Notes under the pieces: model-generated | What the model saw: only the letters and a program-made list of their open reading frames with translations | The model's database searches: none | What the model was told of the DNA's origin: nothing | Program-made: the position numbers and the translations under genes | Shown here: piece by piece, positions 1 through 10,330 of the stretch | Numbering within the stretch: position 1 is the first letter of the stretch | How the letters are laid out: every line of letters starts with the position of its first letter | Source of the DNA: Glaucostegus cemiculus | Taxonomy: Eukaryota | Direction: 5' to 3' | Assembly: GCA_976551045.1 (NCBI GenBank) | Contig: CDPCPM010000262.1 | Location: 1,426,001-1,490,000, forward strand | Length of the DNA: 64,000 nucleotides

Positions 1-245
1 CCTGCCTACATCTACCTATCGCCACCCTGTGCCCACCCCGCCTCCCCTCTTTTGTCCACCTATCACTGCTCTGTTTTTCCCTCCTATTTATTGGGCTTCC
101 ATTTTTCCAGTCCTGAAGAAGGGTCCTGACCCAAAATGTTGATTGCCTGTTTTTCTCCACGGATTCTGCCTGGCCTGCTGAGTTCCTCCAGCATCATTGT
201 GTTTTTCATCCAGGTTCCAGCGTCTACAGTCCTGTTTTTCTCACA
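1..245 (+). mobile_element. Penelope-like element terminal repeat (pLTR) fragment with degenerate hammerhead motif
   Basis: Pyrimidine-rich tract, then cagtcCTGAAGAaGGGTCctGACCCaaaatgttga, then the ...gcctgctgagttcctccagc tail shared with the element at 6064-6615. Confidence 0.7.
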
Positions 246-599
246 GCATTAATCCTGGGTGTCTGCTTCTCTGCCCTCAGTAGCTTTTAGACCTTCCATA
301 TGAATTAGTTTGTCCCAACAAAGGTGTTTGAACCTTCAAAGGTGTCTTATCAGTTACAATGTGCTCCCACTGTAAATATGTCCTTCAATGGAATCATCTG
401 TCAGACACAAAATATTGAAGTAGATGATGTCATTGTGCTTATTGAATCAGCTGCTGTTACCTTTGATCTTAAGGATATAGAAGTGTGCTGTACTTTGAGT
501 GTGGGAGACTCTGCTGTGTGATTGTCCAAGGGAAGGTCAGCTTGTCATTATGCATAAAGACTTCATGTCTCCAGTGTCTCCAGGATTAAGGTGTGAGTT

Positions 600-867
600 G
601 AAAGATTTAAGAGGGACATTGAGGGGCTACTTCTTCAGGCCGAGGGTGGTGGGTACATGGAACGAGCTGCCAGAGGAAGTGGTTGAGGCAGGAACAGTGA
701 CAACCTTCAAAAGACATTTGGACAAGTATGTGGATAGGAGGTGTTTTAGGGGGATACAGGCCAAATGCAGGCAAATGGGACTAGCTTGGTGGGCACCATG
801 GTCAGCATGGATGTGTTGGGCTGAAGGGCCTGTTTCTGCACTGTATTACTTTATAATACTATGACTC
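600..867 (+). mobile_element. CR1 LINE 3' fragment
   Basis: Encodes RGYFFRPRVVGTWNELPEEVVEAGTVTTFKRHLDKY (CR1 ORF2 C-terminus), followed by a gggctgaagggcctg 3' UTR. Confidence 0.85.
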
Positions 868-1410
868 TGTGACACGGGGAGGAGGGAGGTGGGTTGGGGG
901 CCAGTGGGCAGGTGGGCGTTTCACTCCTCTGGTTTTTATCAGCACCATAGGATGTTTAAATATCTACCTCAGACAGCGGACAGACCTGGGCTTAACCCGA
1001 CGGCGATTCCTCGGGAGTGACAGCCACATTTCGGGAAAGCAACTTGAACAGGCAAGTTTCCAAGTCAGTGGTGAGGGAGCTGCTGTTGGCCGGGCAGGAG
1101 GTAAACGTGTGGACATAGGAGGCAGAAACAGGAGTAGGCCAATCAGCCCATCGAGCCTGCTCTGAGATTCAGTGAAGTACGGCTGATCCAGAGTTGGCCC
1201 CAACACCACTCTCCTGCTCTCCTCGTACTCCTTGCCTCACTTGTAGTGGAGATGTCTGTCAGTCTCCATCTTGAATATATTCAATGACACCATCTCCCCA
1301 GTTCCTTGGGTAGAAAATACCACGTGACGACTCTCAGAGAGAAGTTCTCCCTTGGCTGAGGAACAGCTCCTCCAACACTGCACACCCTGAACTCCCGAGA
1401 TCTCAGCCAG

Positions 1411-2390
1411 GAACATAGAACATAGAACAGTACAGGCCCTTTGGCCCTGATATTGGAGAATCCACACAGTTTAGTAAGGGCCTTAGGAACAACTAGTTTA
1501 TGTCAATAGTTGGAGATGGCTCGGCAGCTGATGACTCCTCTGGGAAGCTGCCCTTGATTGATGCTAAAGAAGGTAATGTCTTCTTGGTTATTTTTGTCAG
1601 TTCCTTCTGTCTTGAAAGGTCACAGTGCTACGCAAGCATTAGAACCATCCAGTGTCCTCTGCTGTAGAACTACGAACCCAAGTGAATGGCCGGTGTCTAC
1701 AAGGGCTGCCTTTGCGTTTTACACCACAACAACAACGTCACATCTGGTAGAGGCAATAAGATGCTTAAATTAGTGACGAGCTGATATCTGAGGCCAGATG
1801 TTGATGGAGATGTGGTGTCAGTCATGCCTCATGAGCTAGGTCCCTAACCTCTGAATTAAGAGGTTGTGCGTTTGGCTCCACCTCTGAGGTTTAACAATTT
1901 GCTGACCTATAGAAACCTACCCCATGATCAGTCTAACCCTTTCCTCCTACACAGCCCATAACCCTCCACCTTTCTTACATCCATGCGCCTATCTAAGAGT
2001 CTCTTAAATGTCCCTATTGTATCAGCCTCTACCAGCACCCCCGGCAGTGTGTTCCAGCCACCCACCACCCTCTGTGTGAAAAACCTACCTCTGATATCTC
2101 CCTTAAACTTTCCTCCACTCATCTTAAACTGATGTCCTCTGGTATTGGCTATTGCCACCCTGGGGAGAAGGTGCTGCCTGTCCACTCTATCTATGGCCCT
2201 TGTAATCTTATACACTTCTATTGTTGCCTCTCATCCTGCATCGTTCCAAAGAGAAAAGCCCTAGCTCACTCAACCTATCCTCATAAGACATGTTCTCTAA
2301 TCCAGGCAGCATCCTGGTAAATCTCCTCTGCATCCTCTCTAAGGCTTCCACATCCTTCCAGTAATGAGGCGACCAGATCTGAGCACAGTC
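1411..2390 (-). mobile_element. CR1 LINE 3' fragment interrupted by a 450-bp insertion
   Basis: Tail (ttctatg)n + gggccaaagggcc at 1411-1447. The body resumes at 1893 with the ORF2 C-terminus (TRGHQFK...FFTQRVVGGWNTLP). Confidence 0.85.
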
Positions 2391-2848
2391 GTGTGGTCAA
2401 ACCTCAGAGGTGGAGCCAAACGCACAACCTCTTAATTCAGAGGTTAGGGACCTAGTTCATGAGGCATGACTGACACCACATCTCCATCAACATCCGGCCT
2501 CATATATCAGCTCGTCACTAATTTAAGCATCTTATTGCCTCTATCAGATGTGATGTTGTTGTTGTGGTGTAAAACGCAAAGGCAGCCCTTGTAGCCACCA
2601 GCCATTCACTTGGGTTCGTAGTTCTACAGCAGAGGACACTGGATGGTTCTAATGCTTGCGTAGCACTGTGACCTTTCAAGACAGAAGGAACTGACAAAAA
2701 TAACCAAGAAGACATTACCTTCTTAAGCATCAATCAAGGGCAGCTTCCCAGAGGAGTCATCAGCTGCCGAACCATCTCCAACTATTGACATAAACTAGTT
2801 GTTCCTAAGGCCCTTACTAAACTGTGTGGATTCTTCAATATCAGGGCC
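1443..2848. repeat. 450-bp inverted repeat (arms 1443-1892 and 2399-2848)
   Basis: The arms are reverse complements with about 10 mismatches counted by eye. Near-identical ORFs 1558-1773(+) and 2518-2733(-) reflect this. Confidence 0.97.
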
Positions 2849-3104
2849 CTCGCTGTACTGGGTTGGATCATCCAACTGGCACAAGGATCTCCACCTCCAT
2901 CGCAGTCGCTGCCAGCACCTCTGTCTCTTCAGACGGAGGTAAAACATGCCACGATTTATCAGTGTGATAGAGCTGCTTCAAAAAACAATAAAAATTGTTT
3001 ATATTGTTCAAGCAAACCACCTCCCCCTCAAGATCCGATCATGCCTCTCACAATCAATAAAAGGAAATATTAATCTTTCACAGTTAGTGGGGATTATTTG
3101 CAGT

Positions 3105-3216
3105 TGGAGAATTCAATGCTCATGCCATTGGGCTGCAAGGTTCCGAGACGGAGAGTGAGGAGCTGTTCCTCCAGTTTACATTTGGACTTCTCCTGGCAGT
3201 GGAGGAGGTCGAGGAC
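3105..3216 (-). mobile_element. Penelope-like element ORF C-terminal fragment (end of GIY-YIG domain)
   Basis: Minus strand reads VLDLLHCQEKSKCKLEEQLLTLRLGTLQPNGMSIEFS, i.e. the E...L.TLQP.G.N-type terminus of PLE ORFs. Confidence 0.75.
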
Positions 3217-3569
3217 TCCTGTGAGGGCCGACTCTCTCAAGTACACAAATATCCCTGTTATTGATAGAACAAATATGCCATGACCGTGTTTGATGTGCTA
3301 CGTGGCCACATTTAGTCTGGTCTCCCAGCCCTCCTGGATCTCTGAAAGAAGGGTGCAAAATCAGTTAGTTGGAGCAGCCTGGTTTGATGTCGGCCAATTA
3401 ACACAAGCCCATTGTTTTCCTGATGCAGACAAGAACATCTCGTGGACACTTCACTGTGCAAACCACATCTCCTGAACAGCCAACCCCTGCTGTGGGGCAG
3501 CAGCCTGTGCCCTCTAGACAGTGCAGTTTGTTTGCAAAGCAGTCCTTTTAACTTCAACCTGATTACTGC

Positions 3570-3840
3570 TTGGTGGCCACAAGAGGACCTAGGTTTAAGG
3601 TGCTGGGGAGTAGATATAGAGGAGATGTCAGGGGTAAGTTTTTTACTCAGAGAGTGGTGAGTGTGTGGAATGGGCTGCCGGAAACGGTGGTGGAGGTGGA
3701 TACGATAGGGTCTTTCAAGAGACTGTTAGATAGGTACATGGATCTAAGTAAAATAGAGGGCTATTGGTTGTGCTGCAATTAAAAAGACCTGAAGGAAGGC
3801 CCTGAATTGTGCTGCAGTTTTTCTATGTTTCTATGTTTCT
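3570..3840 (+). mobile_element. CR1 LINE 3' fragment with rearranged 3' UTR
   Basis: VATRGPRFKV...FFTQRVVSVWNGLP; (tttctatg)n tail. Confidence 0.88.
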
Positions 3841-3944
3841 AATTTACATTAAGAACAGAAGACTGGTTCTTGTTTGAATTAATGTCTGCTATCCATAATT
3901 TCATTGCTCCAGAACAATCCCTAATGCTGTCCGATTCTTATCCT

Positions 3945-4110
3945 AATAAAGCAGACAATCTGGTCATTTTACAGATTGCTGAGTGTGGGATCTTGCTCTG
4001 TGCAAATGAGCCGCTGTGTTTACTGTGATACAACAGTGACTTCACTTCAGAAACACTCCAAAGCACTTTGGGATTCAATGAAAGATGCTACAGGAATGCA
4101 GGTTTGCTTT
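3945..4110 (+). mobile_element. Old SINE 3' part (Deu/SacSINE-like); related copies near 11020-11340(-), 12160-12285(-), 23835-24130(+)
   Basis: Recurrent ggtcatt...ttgctg.ntgtgggatcttgct.tgtgcaaat...acaacagtgact.cacttca sequence; family name from memory. Confidence 0.5.
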
Positions 4111-5585
4111 ATGTGAGCATTAACTTGCATTGAGAAACCAGATCCGAAAGGACGGAGCTGAAGCAAGAGGCAAGCAATCTCCTCCTCCCCCTTCAGGAAA
4201 ATCTCTGCAATGAGCAGAGCCCCAGCAAAAGGAATTCATTCCGTGACAAGTAACCACTTCTGAAATAAAGATCTGAAGACCATGGGAAAATGTCAGTAAC
4301 AGGTCAACAGTGAGGTCAACAACAGGTAACAGGGCAACAGCCCTGGGTTTCAGAGCAGCGGTGGTTAATAGACAACCTTGTTTCAGAAGGACATGGATAA
4401 TGGAGAGTAGGATTAATGGTCTTCAGCTTTGCTAGCTAATGACATCAGGCCGAGCCTCTCTCTGGCTACCTGTCCAATGGTAGGGTTGTCAGGCTGGCAT
4501 GGGTGAGGAGGGGTGTGGGCATTGGGCAGGACCACAGACAAGAGCCATGAAAGGGCGTGTGCAGCCCGGGAATTGAAGGCTGTCTGTACCTGGAGAGGAT
4601 GCGGCCAATGCCAGAGAATGCTGCTCAACAAAGCAAGAGCTACTCAAAGCCATGACTCAACCAGTTGTCCTAGAGCCAGTTTCAGTGGCTGGATCAGACA
4701 GGGTGGATGTAAGTGCCTTTTTACTCTGCCAACAGTCACAGTGGCCTATGGACTGAGTTGATTTGTTTGCCTGTGACCCACAAAAATGAATAAATATCTC
4801 TGATTAAATAGGCGGGTCGGATCTGTGATACCATATACAGGAAGGAGTGGTTGTGTGAATCAAGTAGCCTCAGTTGAGTGGTGTGGGATATAAAGGTAGG
4901 GATTGTGTTGGGAGACCTATAATTTGCTCTGCATAAACTTGTTTGCAGCATTACTGAAAAGCCAAACACAACCTTACACTGTTCCAGAATCTGCAATTTT
5001 GTGATATATGTAGGGTCTATTTGGTGTCAACAGTTGCAGGCGGTTCAGAACTGGGTCTCCATTTCCCAACAGCCCTTAAAACAGGATCATTCCCAAGGTG
5101 TGGACTTTGGTGCAGATATTGCTCATTCGCAGTTACCTTTAAGGAGACAATGAACCTTTGACTTGAACCATTGTCTTCCATTGGGGCGATGGTTGGTACC
5201 AACTACTGTCTCATTGGGACACTTTGGAGGCCAATTAGGAGTCAACCATCCCGTTTGGACTGGAGTCACATAGATGCCCAATCAAGTTTTCTTCCCTTAT
5301 GCACATGAGCCCAAAATATTTTTGGATTTGAAGGCAATTGAGTGAAATGGAACTAATGCAGGAAATGGCACTGAGGTAGAAGATCAGCCACGATCTCATT
5401 GAATGGTGCAGCAGGTTGAATGGCCTGTTCCTGCTTCTTTCATATATTCTTATATTAGATTTTCATGGCAGATTGGAGGCCACTCTTGATGACTCTAATC
5501 TGGCTTCTGTAAACTGACTTGAATTGTCAGGCAGGCATGGGAACCCTGGGGATTATTGGCTGTGTTGCACAAACACCAAGTGCAC

Positions 5586-5785
5586 TGAGACACAAGAGAC
5601 TGCAGACGTGTGAAAGAAACAAACTGCTGGAGGAACTCAGCGGGTCGAGCAGCATCTGCAGAGGCGAAGGAATTGTCGACGTTTCGCAGCCTGATACAGG
5701 GTCTTGACCCAAAATGCTGACAATTCCTTTCCCCTCACAGATGCTGCTCAACCCAATGATCTCCTCCTTTCTTTTTTGCAGCAAG
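5586..5785. mobile_element. Short fold-back element made of two Penelope pLTR ends
   Basis: Left arm (ctggaggaactcagcgggtcgagcagcatctg...ggaattgtc) is the reverse complement of the right arm (gacaattcc...cagatgctgctcaaccc). Degenerate hammerhead motif in the centre. Confidence 0.65.
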
Positions 5786-6063
5786 TATCCTGGACTGGGT
5801 GGCGCATCTTTAACCGTGCGGCAGGAGTGAGTAATTTGACAATTAAAAAGACCTGAAGGAAATTCCTGCTTCAGTTCCGTAGTTCCACTGGGAATCCAGG
5901 GAGATAGTTACAAGGGAAACCAGGTGGGAATCGAACCAGGTTGTCAGTCAGTCCCTGGTTTCACAGTGTAACCAGCCCTACCAGCCGAACCTTGGCTATT
6001 GGCATCATCTGTGCCACAGGGGCTGGCACGTGTGTTTGGAGGCTGGGGGTTCAACAATAAAAA

Positions 6064-6615
6064 GGGACACAAGAAATTCTGCTGATGCTGGAATCTGGAG
6101 CAATCCACAAAAAGTGCTAGAGGAACTCAGCAGGTCAGGCAGCATCCACCTCATACCGGGAGTCTCCAACCTGATGGCCTCAACATTGATTTCTCTCACT
6201 TCTGGAAACCTCATCCCTTCTTTTTCTTCCCTCTCCCCACACCTTTGTCTTCCCTTATTCCCATGGCTTCCTTCCCCCACCTTGATGACCTGCCCATCTC
6301 CTCTCCTCCCCTCCCCATCCTTGATCAACTGCCTTCTCCTACCAGATTCCTCCTTCTACCTATCACCTCTCAGTTTATTACATCTTCCCCCCCCCACCCA
6401 CTACCTTCCCCCTCTCACCTGGACTCACCTGTCACCTGAACTCACCTATCTCCTGCCTGCATGTGCTCCTCCCCCTCCCCCAATCTTCTTATTCTGGCTT
6501 CTGCCCTCTTCCCTTCCAGTCCTGATGAAGGGTCTCAGCCCGAAACTTTGATTTCATCTCCACGGATGCTACCTGACCTGCTGAGTTCCTCCCGCACTTT
6601 TTGTGTGTTGTTCAA
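6064..6615 (+). mobile_element. 5'-truncated Penelope-like element: inverted pLTR piece, ORF end, and pLTR with hammerhead motif
   Basis: 6064-6146 is an inverted copy of the element's own 3' end. About 6147-6207 encodes HLI../GSLQPDGLNIDFSHFW. Pyrimidine-rich tract follows; hammerhead at 6517-6553. Confidence 0.8.
6517..6553 (+). ncRNA. Minimal type I hammerhead ribozyme motif (PLE-type)
   Basis: cagtc-CTGATGA-A-GGGT ctca GCCC-GAAA-ct-TT-gatt: conserved core boxes, stem II, and stem I agtc/gatt. Activity unknown. Confidence 0.65.
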
Positions 6616-6639
6616 CAATATAAACTTTAGCTGCCAGGT

Positions 6640-6840
6640 CTGAACAAGCAACAAGCAATCTGCTGGAGGAAGTCAGTGGGTCAGGCAGCATCTGTGGGAG
6701 GAAATGGACAGTCAATGTTTTGCATCCTGATATGTTGACCATCCGTTTCCCCCCACAGACGCTGCTCGACCTGCTGAGTCCCTCAGGCAGGTTGTGTGTT
6801 GCTCCAGATTCCAGTGTCTGCAGTGCCTGGTGCCTCCAGT
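6640..6840. mobile_element. Short fold-back pLTR-derived element (similar copies near 14650-14815, 45800-45990, 59130-59280)
   Basis: Arms gggtcaggcagcatctgtggg...gtcaa / ttgacc...cccacagacgctgctcgacc are inverted; hammerhead core deleted. Confidence 0.6.
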
Positions 6841-7086
6841 GCTGCACTGCCAGATGATATGTTGAAACCAGGCTCATCACCTGCTCTCTCAGGTGGGCGT
6901 GAAACGTGCTACAGAGCAGTGGAGGCGTCTTGCTCAGTGGGCCATGTGTGCTGACAGCTGTTCCATAGGGAATGGCCAGCTAGTGGCAATATCTGTTCTG
7001 GACTCTGCACGGCAGCTCTGGAGGCCAGATGTGTGCACACCTACCCTGCTCTGTAGCTGGCAGAGCTGAGCACTGGACACATCTGT

Positions 7087-7590
7087 CATAGAACATAGAA
7101 CATAGATACCTACAGCACAATTCAGGCCCTTCGGCCCACAAAGCTGTGCCGAACATGTCCCTACACTATTAGGCTTACCCATAGCCTTCTATCTTATTTA
7201 CCTCCAGGTACCTATCCAACAGTCTCTTGAAAGACCCTATCGTATCCGCCTCCACCACCATTCCTGGCAGCCTATGCCACGCACTCACCACTCTCTGAGT
7301 AAAAAACTTACCCTTAACATCTCCCCTATATCTTCCCCCCGGCACCTTAAACCTATGTCCTCTTGTGGCCACCATTTCAGCCCTGGGGAAAAGCCTCTGT
7401 CTATGTACCCTATCAATACCTCTCATCATCTTATACACCTCAATCAGGTCCCTCCTCATCCTCCTTCTCTCCAAGGAGAAAAGGGCGAGTTCCCGCAACC
7501 TGCTCTCATAAGGCATGCTCCTCATTCCAGGCAGCATCCTTGTAAACCTCCTCTGCACCCTCTCTATAGCTTCCACATCCTTCCTGTAGT
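7087..7590 (-). mobile_element. CR1 LINE 3' fragment (relatively young)
   Basis: Open frame YRKDVEAIERVQRRFTRMLPG...FSLERRRMRRDLIEVYK...FFTQRVVSAW; (ttctatg)n tail. Confidence 0.93.
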
Positions 7591-8274
7591 CACCCAGCTT
7601 TGACCAGCCAGAGCTCAGCCTCATTCACTGGAACAGAACGCTCAACTTCATTAGACATGTGTAGATAATTCTTTTATTTATTTCACTTTATGTTTATGTT
7701 TTTAAATTAATTAACAGCAGCTTAATGCTTTTAGATATTTAACCATTCAAATAATTTAAGTTATTTATATCAGCATCATTTGTTTTAAATGGCTGCTCAT
7801 CAGAGTCTGTGAATCAGCTGGGGCAGAGGGAGCAGTGACAAGCATCAAGCCAGGGCTGTGGGACTGAAGCCTCAGGAGGTCTGGGCACGTTGGGGTCCAA
7901 TCCTCAGGCACCTGAGGTCTTCCGCTGGTTGGGGGAGCCACACAGCCGATAAATATGGGGGCAGGGGTAAAGCACCATGACCAGATGGAAATTAAAAGAA
8001 GTGCAGATGCTGGAAAATCTGAAATAAAATCAGAAAGTGCTAAGAAAGCTCAGCAGGTCAAGCAGCATCTGTGGAGGTAGACACAGTCAATGTCTGAGCC
8101 TACAACTCTTCGTCAGAGCTAGGAAAGAGAGAGACATGTTGGGTTTCAGTGGAGAGAAGGGGAGCTGGGGGGAGGGGATTTGTAGAACAAAGGAAATGTC
8201 TCTGGTAGGGTGAGACTAAATGGCTTAATGAGAGCAGTTACCAATTCATTAACCTTCTTGCTATTAAATTAAAT

Positions 8275-8514
8275 ATATTTTTTAAATTTTATTTTACAGC
8301 GTGGTAACAGGCCCTTTCGGCCCAATGAGTCTGCGCCACCCATTTTAATCCCCCAAATTAATCTACCCATATGTCTTTCAGAATGTGGGAGGAAACCGGA
8401 GCACCCGGAGGAAACCCACGCAGACACGGGAGAACGTACAAACTCTTTACAGTCAGCGACGGGAATCGAACCCCAATCACTGATGCTGTAACAGTGCCGC
8501 GCTAACTGCTACAC
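8275..8514 (-). mobile_element. tRNA-derived SINE (V-SINE/HE1-like) with CR1-like tail
   Basis: Pol III B-box-like ggttcgattccc, central tgggtttcctccgggtgctccggtttcctcccaca domain, tail gggccgaaagggcctg. Confidence 0.8.
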
Positions 8515-8551
8515 ATGTTATTAAAGCACCATTATAATTTCAGTTTAGAGC

Positions 8552-8812
8552 TGTAGAATAATGTAGGCCCTTCAGCCCAACTATTCCAGGCCAACCGAGA
8601 TGCCGGTGTTTGGCCCATATCCCTCTAAACCTTTCCTACCATGTACCTGTGCGAATGTCTTTTGAATGTTGCTATTCTACCTGCCGAATCACTTCCTCTG
8701 GCAGTTTGTTCCACATATGGACCACCCTCTGCATGAAGAAGTTGCCCCTCAGGCCCCTTTTAAGTCTTCCCTCTCTCACCTTAAGCTTTTGCTTCCCTTT
8801 CCTGGGGAAAAA
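8552..8812 (-). mobile_element. CR1 LINE 3' fragment (another near 9705-10000, -)
   Basis: RGNFFMQRVVHMWNKLPEEV plus the 3' UTR motif. Confidence 0.8.
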
Positions 8813-9109
8813 GTGGGAGTTGTGGAACTGGAGGCTGCAGTAAGGCTGTGACCACATTTCAGAGGCTCTTCAGCCCTTTGGGAGGTGCTGTATGAACGAA
8901 TCCACCTTCTCTCTCAGGGTTGGAGGGAGGTCTGCTTGTCTGCTCCAGTGGACAGAGAGCAGCCCAAGAACACAGCCCCAGCCCTACTCCACCCCAACCC
9001 CCGGAATTCCTTCCATGGATTTTGACAGTATTTCAACACTGTTGTCTCCCAAGCTCAGTGCTGGCTACTGGGGATGAATGTCTGAGCAAATATGTATGGC
9101 ATGGCTTGA

Positions 9110-9364
9110 GAAACGTTTCCCTGGGTGAGCAGGTGGGTGAAACGTTTCCCTGGGTGAGCAGGTGAGTGAAACGTTTCCCTGGGTGAGCAGGTGGGTGAAA
9201 CGTTTCCCTGGGTAAACAGGTGGGTGAAACGTTTCCCTGGGTAAGCAGGTGAGTGAAACGTTTCCCTGGGTGAGCAGGTGGGTGAAACGTTTCCCTGGGT
9301 AAGCAGGTGAGTGAAACGTTTCCCTGGGTAAACAGGTGGGTGAAACGTTTCCCTGGGTAAGCAG
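9110..9364. repeat. Minisatellite, 29-bp unit x ~9
   Basis: Unit AAACGTTTCCCTGGGT(G/A)A(G/A)CAGGTG(G/A)GTG starts at 9111, 9140 ... 9343; no spacers. Confidence 0.97.
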
Positions 9365-10330
9365 AGCTCAGATTTAATCAGATCAGCCACCACCTAATTA
9401 AATGGTAAAACAGCTTGAAGGGCTGAGTGGCCTCCTCCTACTCCTAATTAATTTATTCCTCTGTTTTTACATATTTAATCTAATCTTCCGCCCACCTCAG
9501 TGGGAAGGTGGTACGTTCTGACACAGTCTCTCACCTTCCTCGCTTTTGTCATTTAATCAGTCCCACCTGCAGCCTACACACCAGATCCAGACCTCATCAA
9601 ATGCTGTTGCATTTCCGACATCCCCCAGCCTGAATGAAAATTAATTCTGTTTCTCGCTGGTACCTGGTCTGTGAGAATTTTGAGCAATTTCTCTACTTTC
9701 TTTTAGAACATACAGCAGTCTAGCCCAGGAACAGGCCCTTCAGCCCACAATGTCTGTGGTGACTATGATGCCAAATTAAATTAATCCACTCTGCCTGTGC
9801 ACGGTCTGTATCCCTCCATCCCCTGCCTGTCCGTTCTGTCTAAGTATGTATTAAACGTCACTATTGTATCTGTCTCCACCACCTCCCCTGGCAGCATGTT
9901 CCAGGCACCCACCACTCTCTGTGTAAAAAAAATCTTGCCTCGCACATCCCCTTTAAGCTTTCTGCCATCTCACTTTAAACCTATGCCCTCTAGTATTGAA
10001 TTATTTTCTGTTAGTGAGGTAGTTAGTAATATAATCCTCAACTAAAGAGAGCAATGTTTTCCCCATCACAGTTGTCAAACTACCTGATTGACTCCGAGAT
10101 CACTGTTGTCTGTGTATTATCGAAAAGATAATCTATAAGAATATAGCTGAACATTGCACTCCTACATGTGTTGAGTTAATGAACCCACTCGGCTGATTGC
10201 AATGGTGTACCTTGCCATATCTTTGCACAACTTTTCCTTTTCAGGTATACATGGTAAAAATTGCTACTAAATCTGCTTCCACCAGGTCAAACTGCTCACT
10301 GTATTGAAAAGAAACTCTGAGAAACAAATA

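Noticed and set aside
1558-2733. Pair of near-identical 71-aa ORFs as a duplicated small gene
   Set aside because: By-product of the inverted duplication; no homology to a protein I recognise and no splice or promoter support.
6030-6551. 173-aa Pro/Leu/Ser-rich ORF
   Set aside because: Translation of the pyrimidine-rich Penelope pLTR; low complexity.
9110-9364. CRISPR-like array (29-bp repeats with an internal palindrome)
   Set aside because: Units are head-to-tail with no unique spacers, there are no cas genes, and the context is vertebrate.
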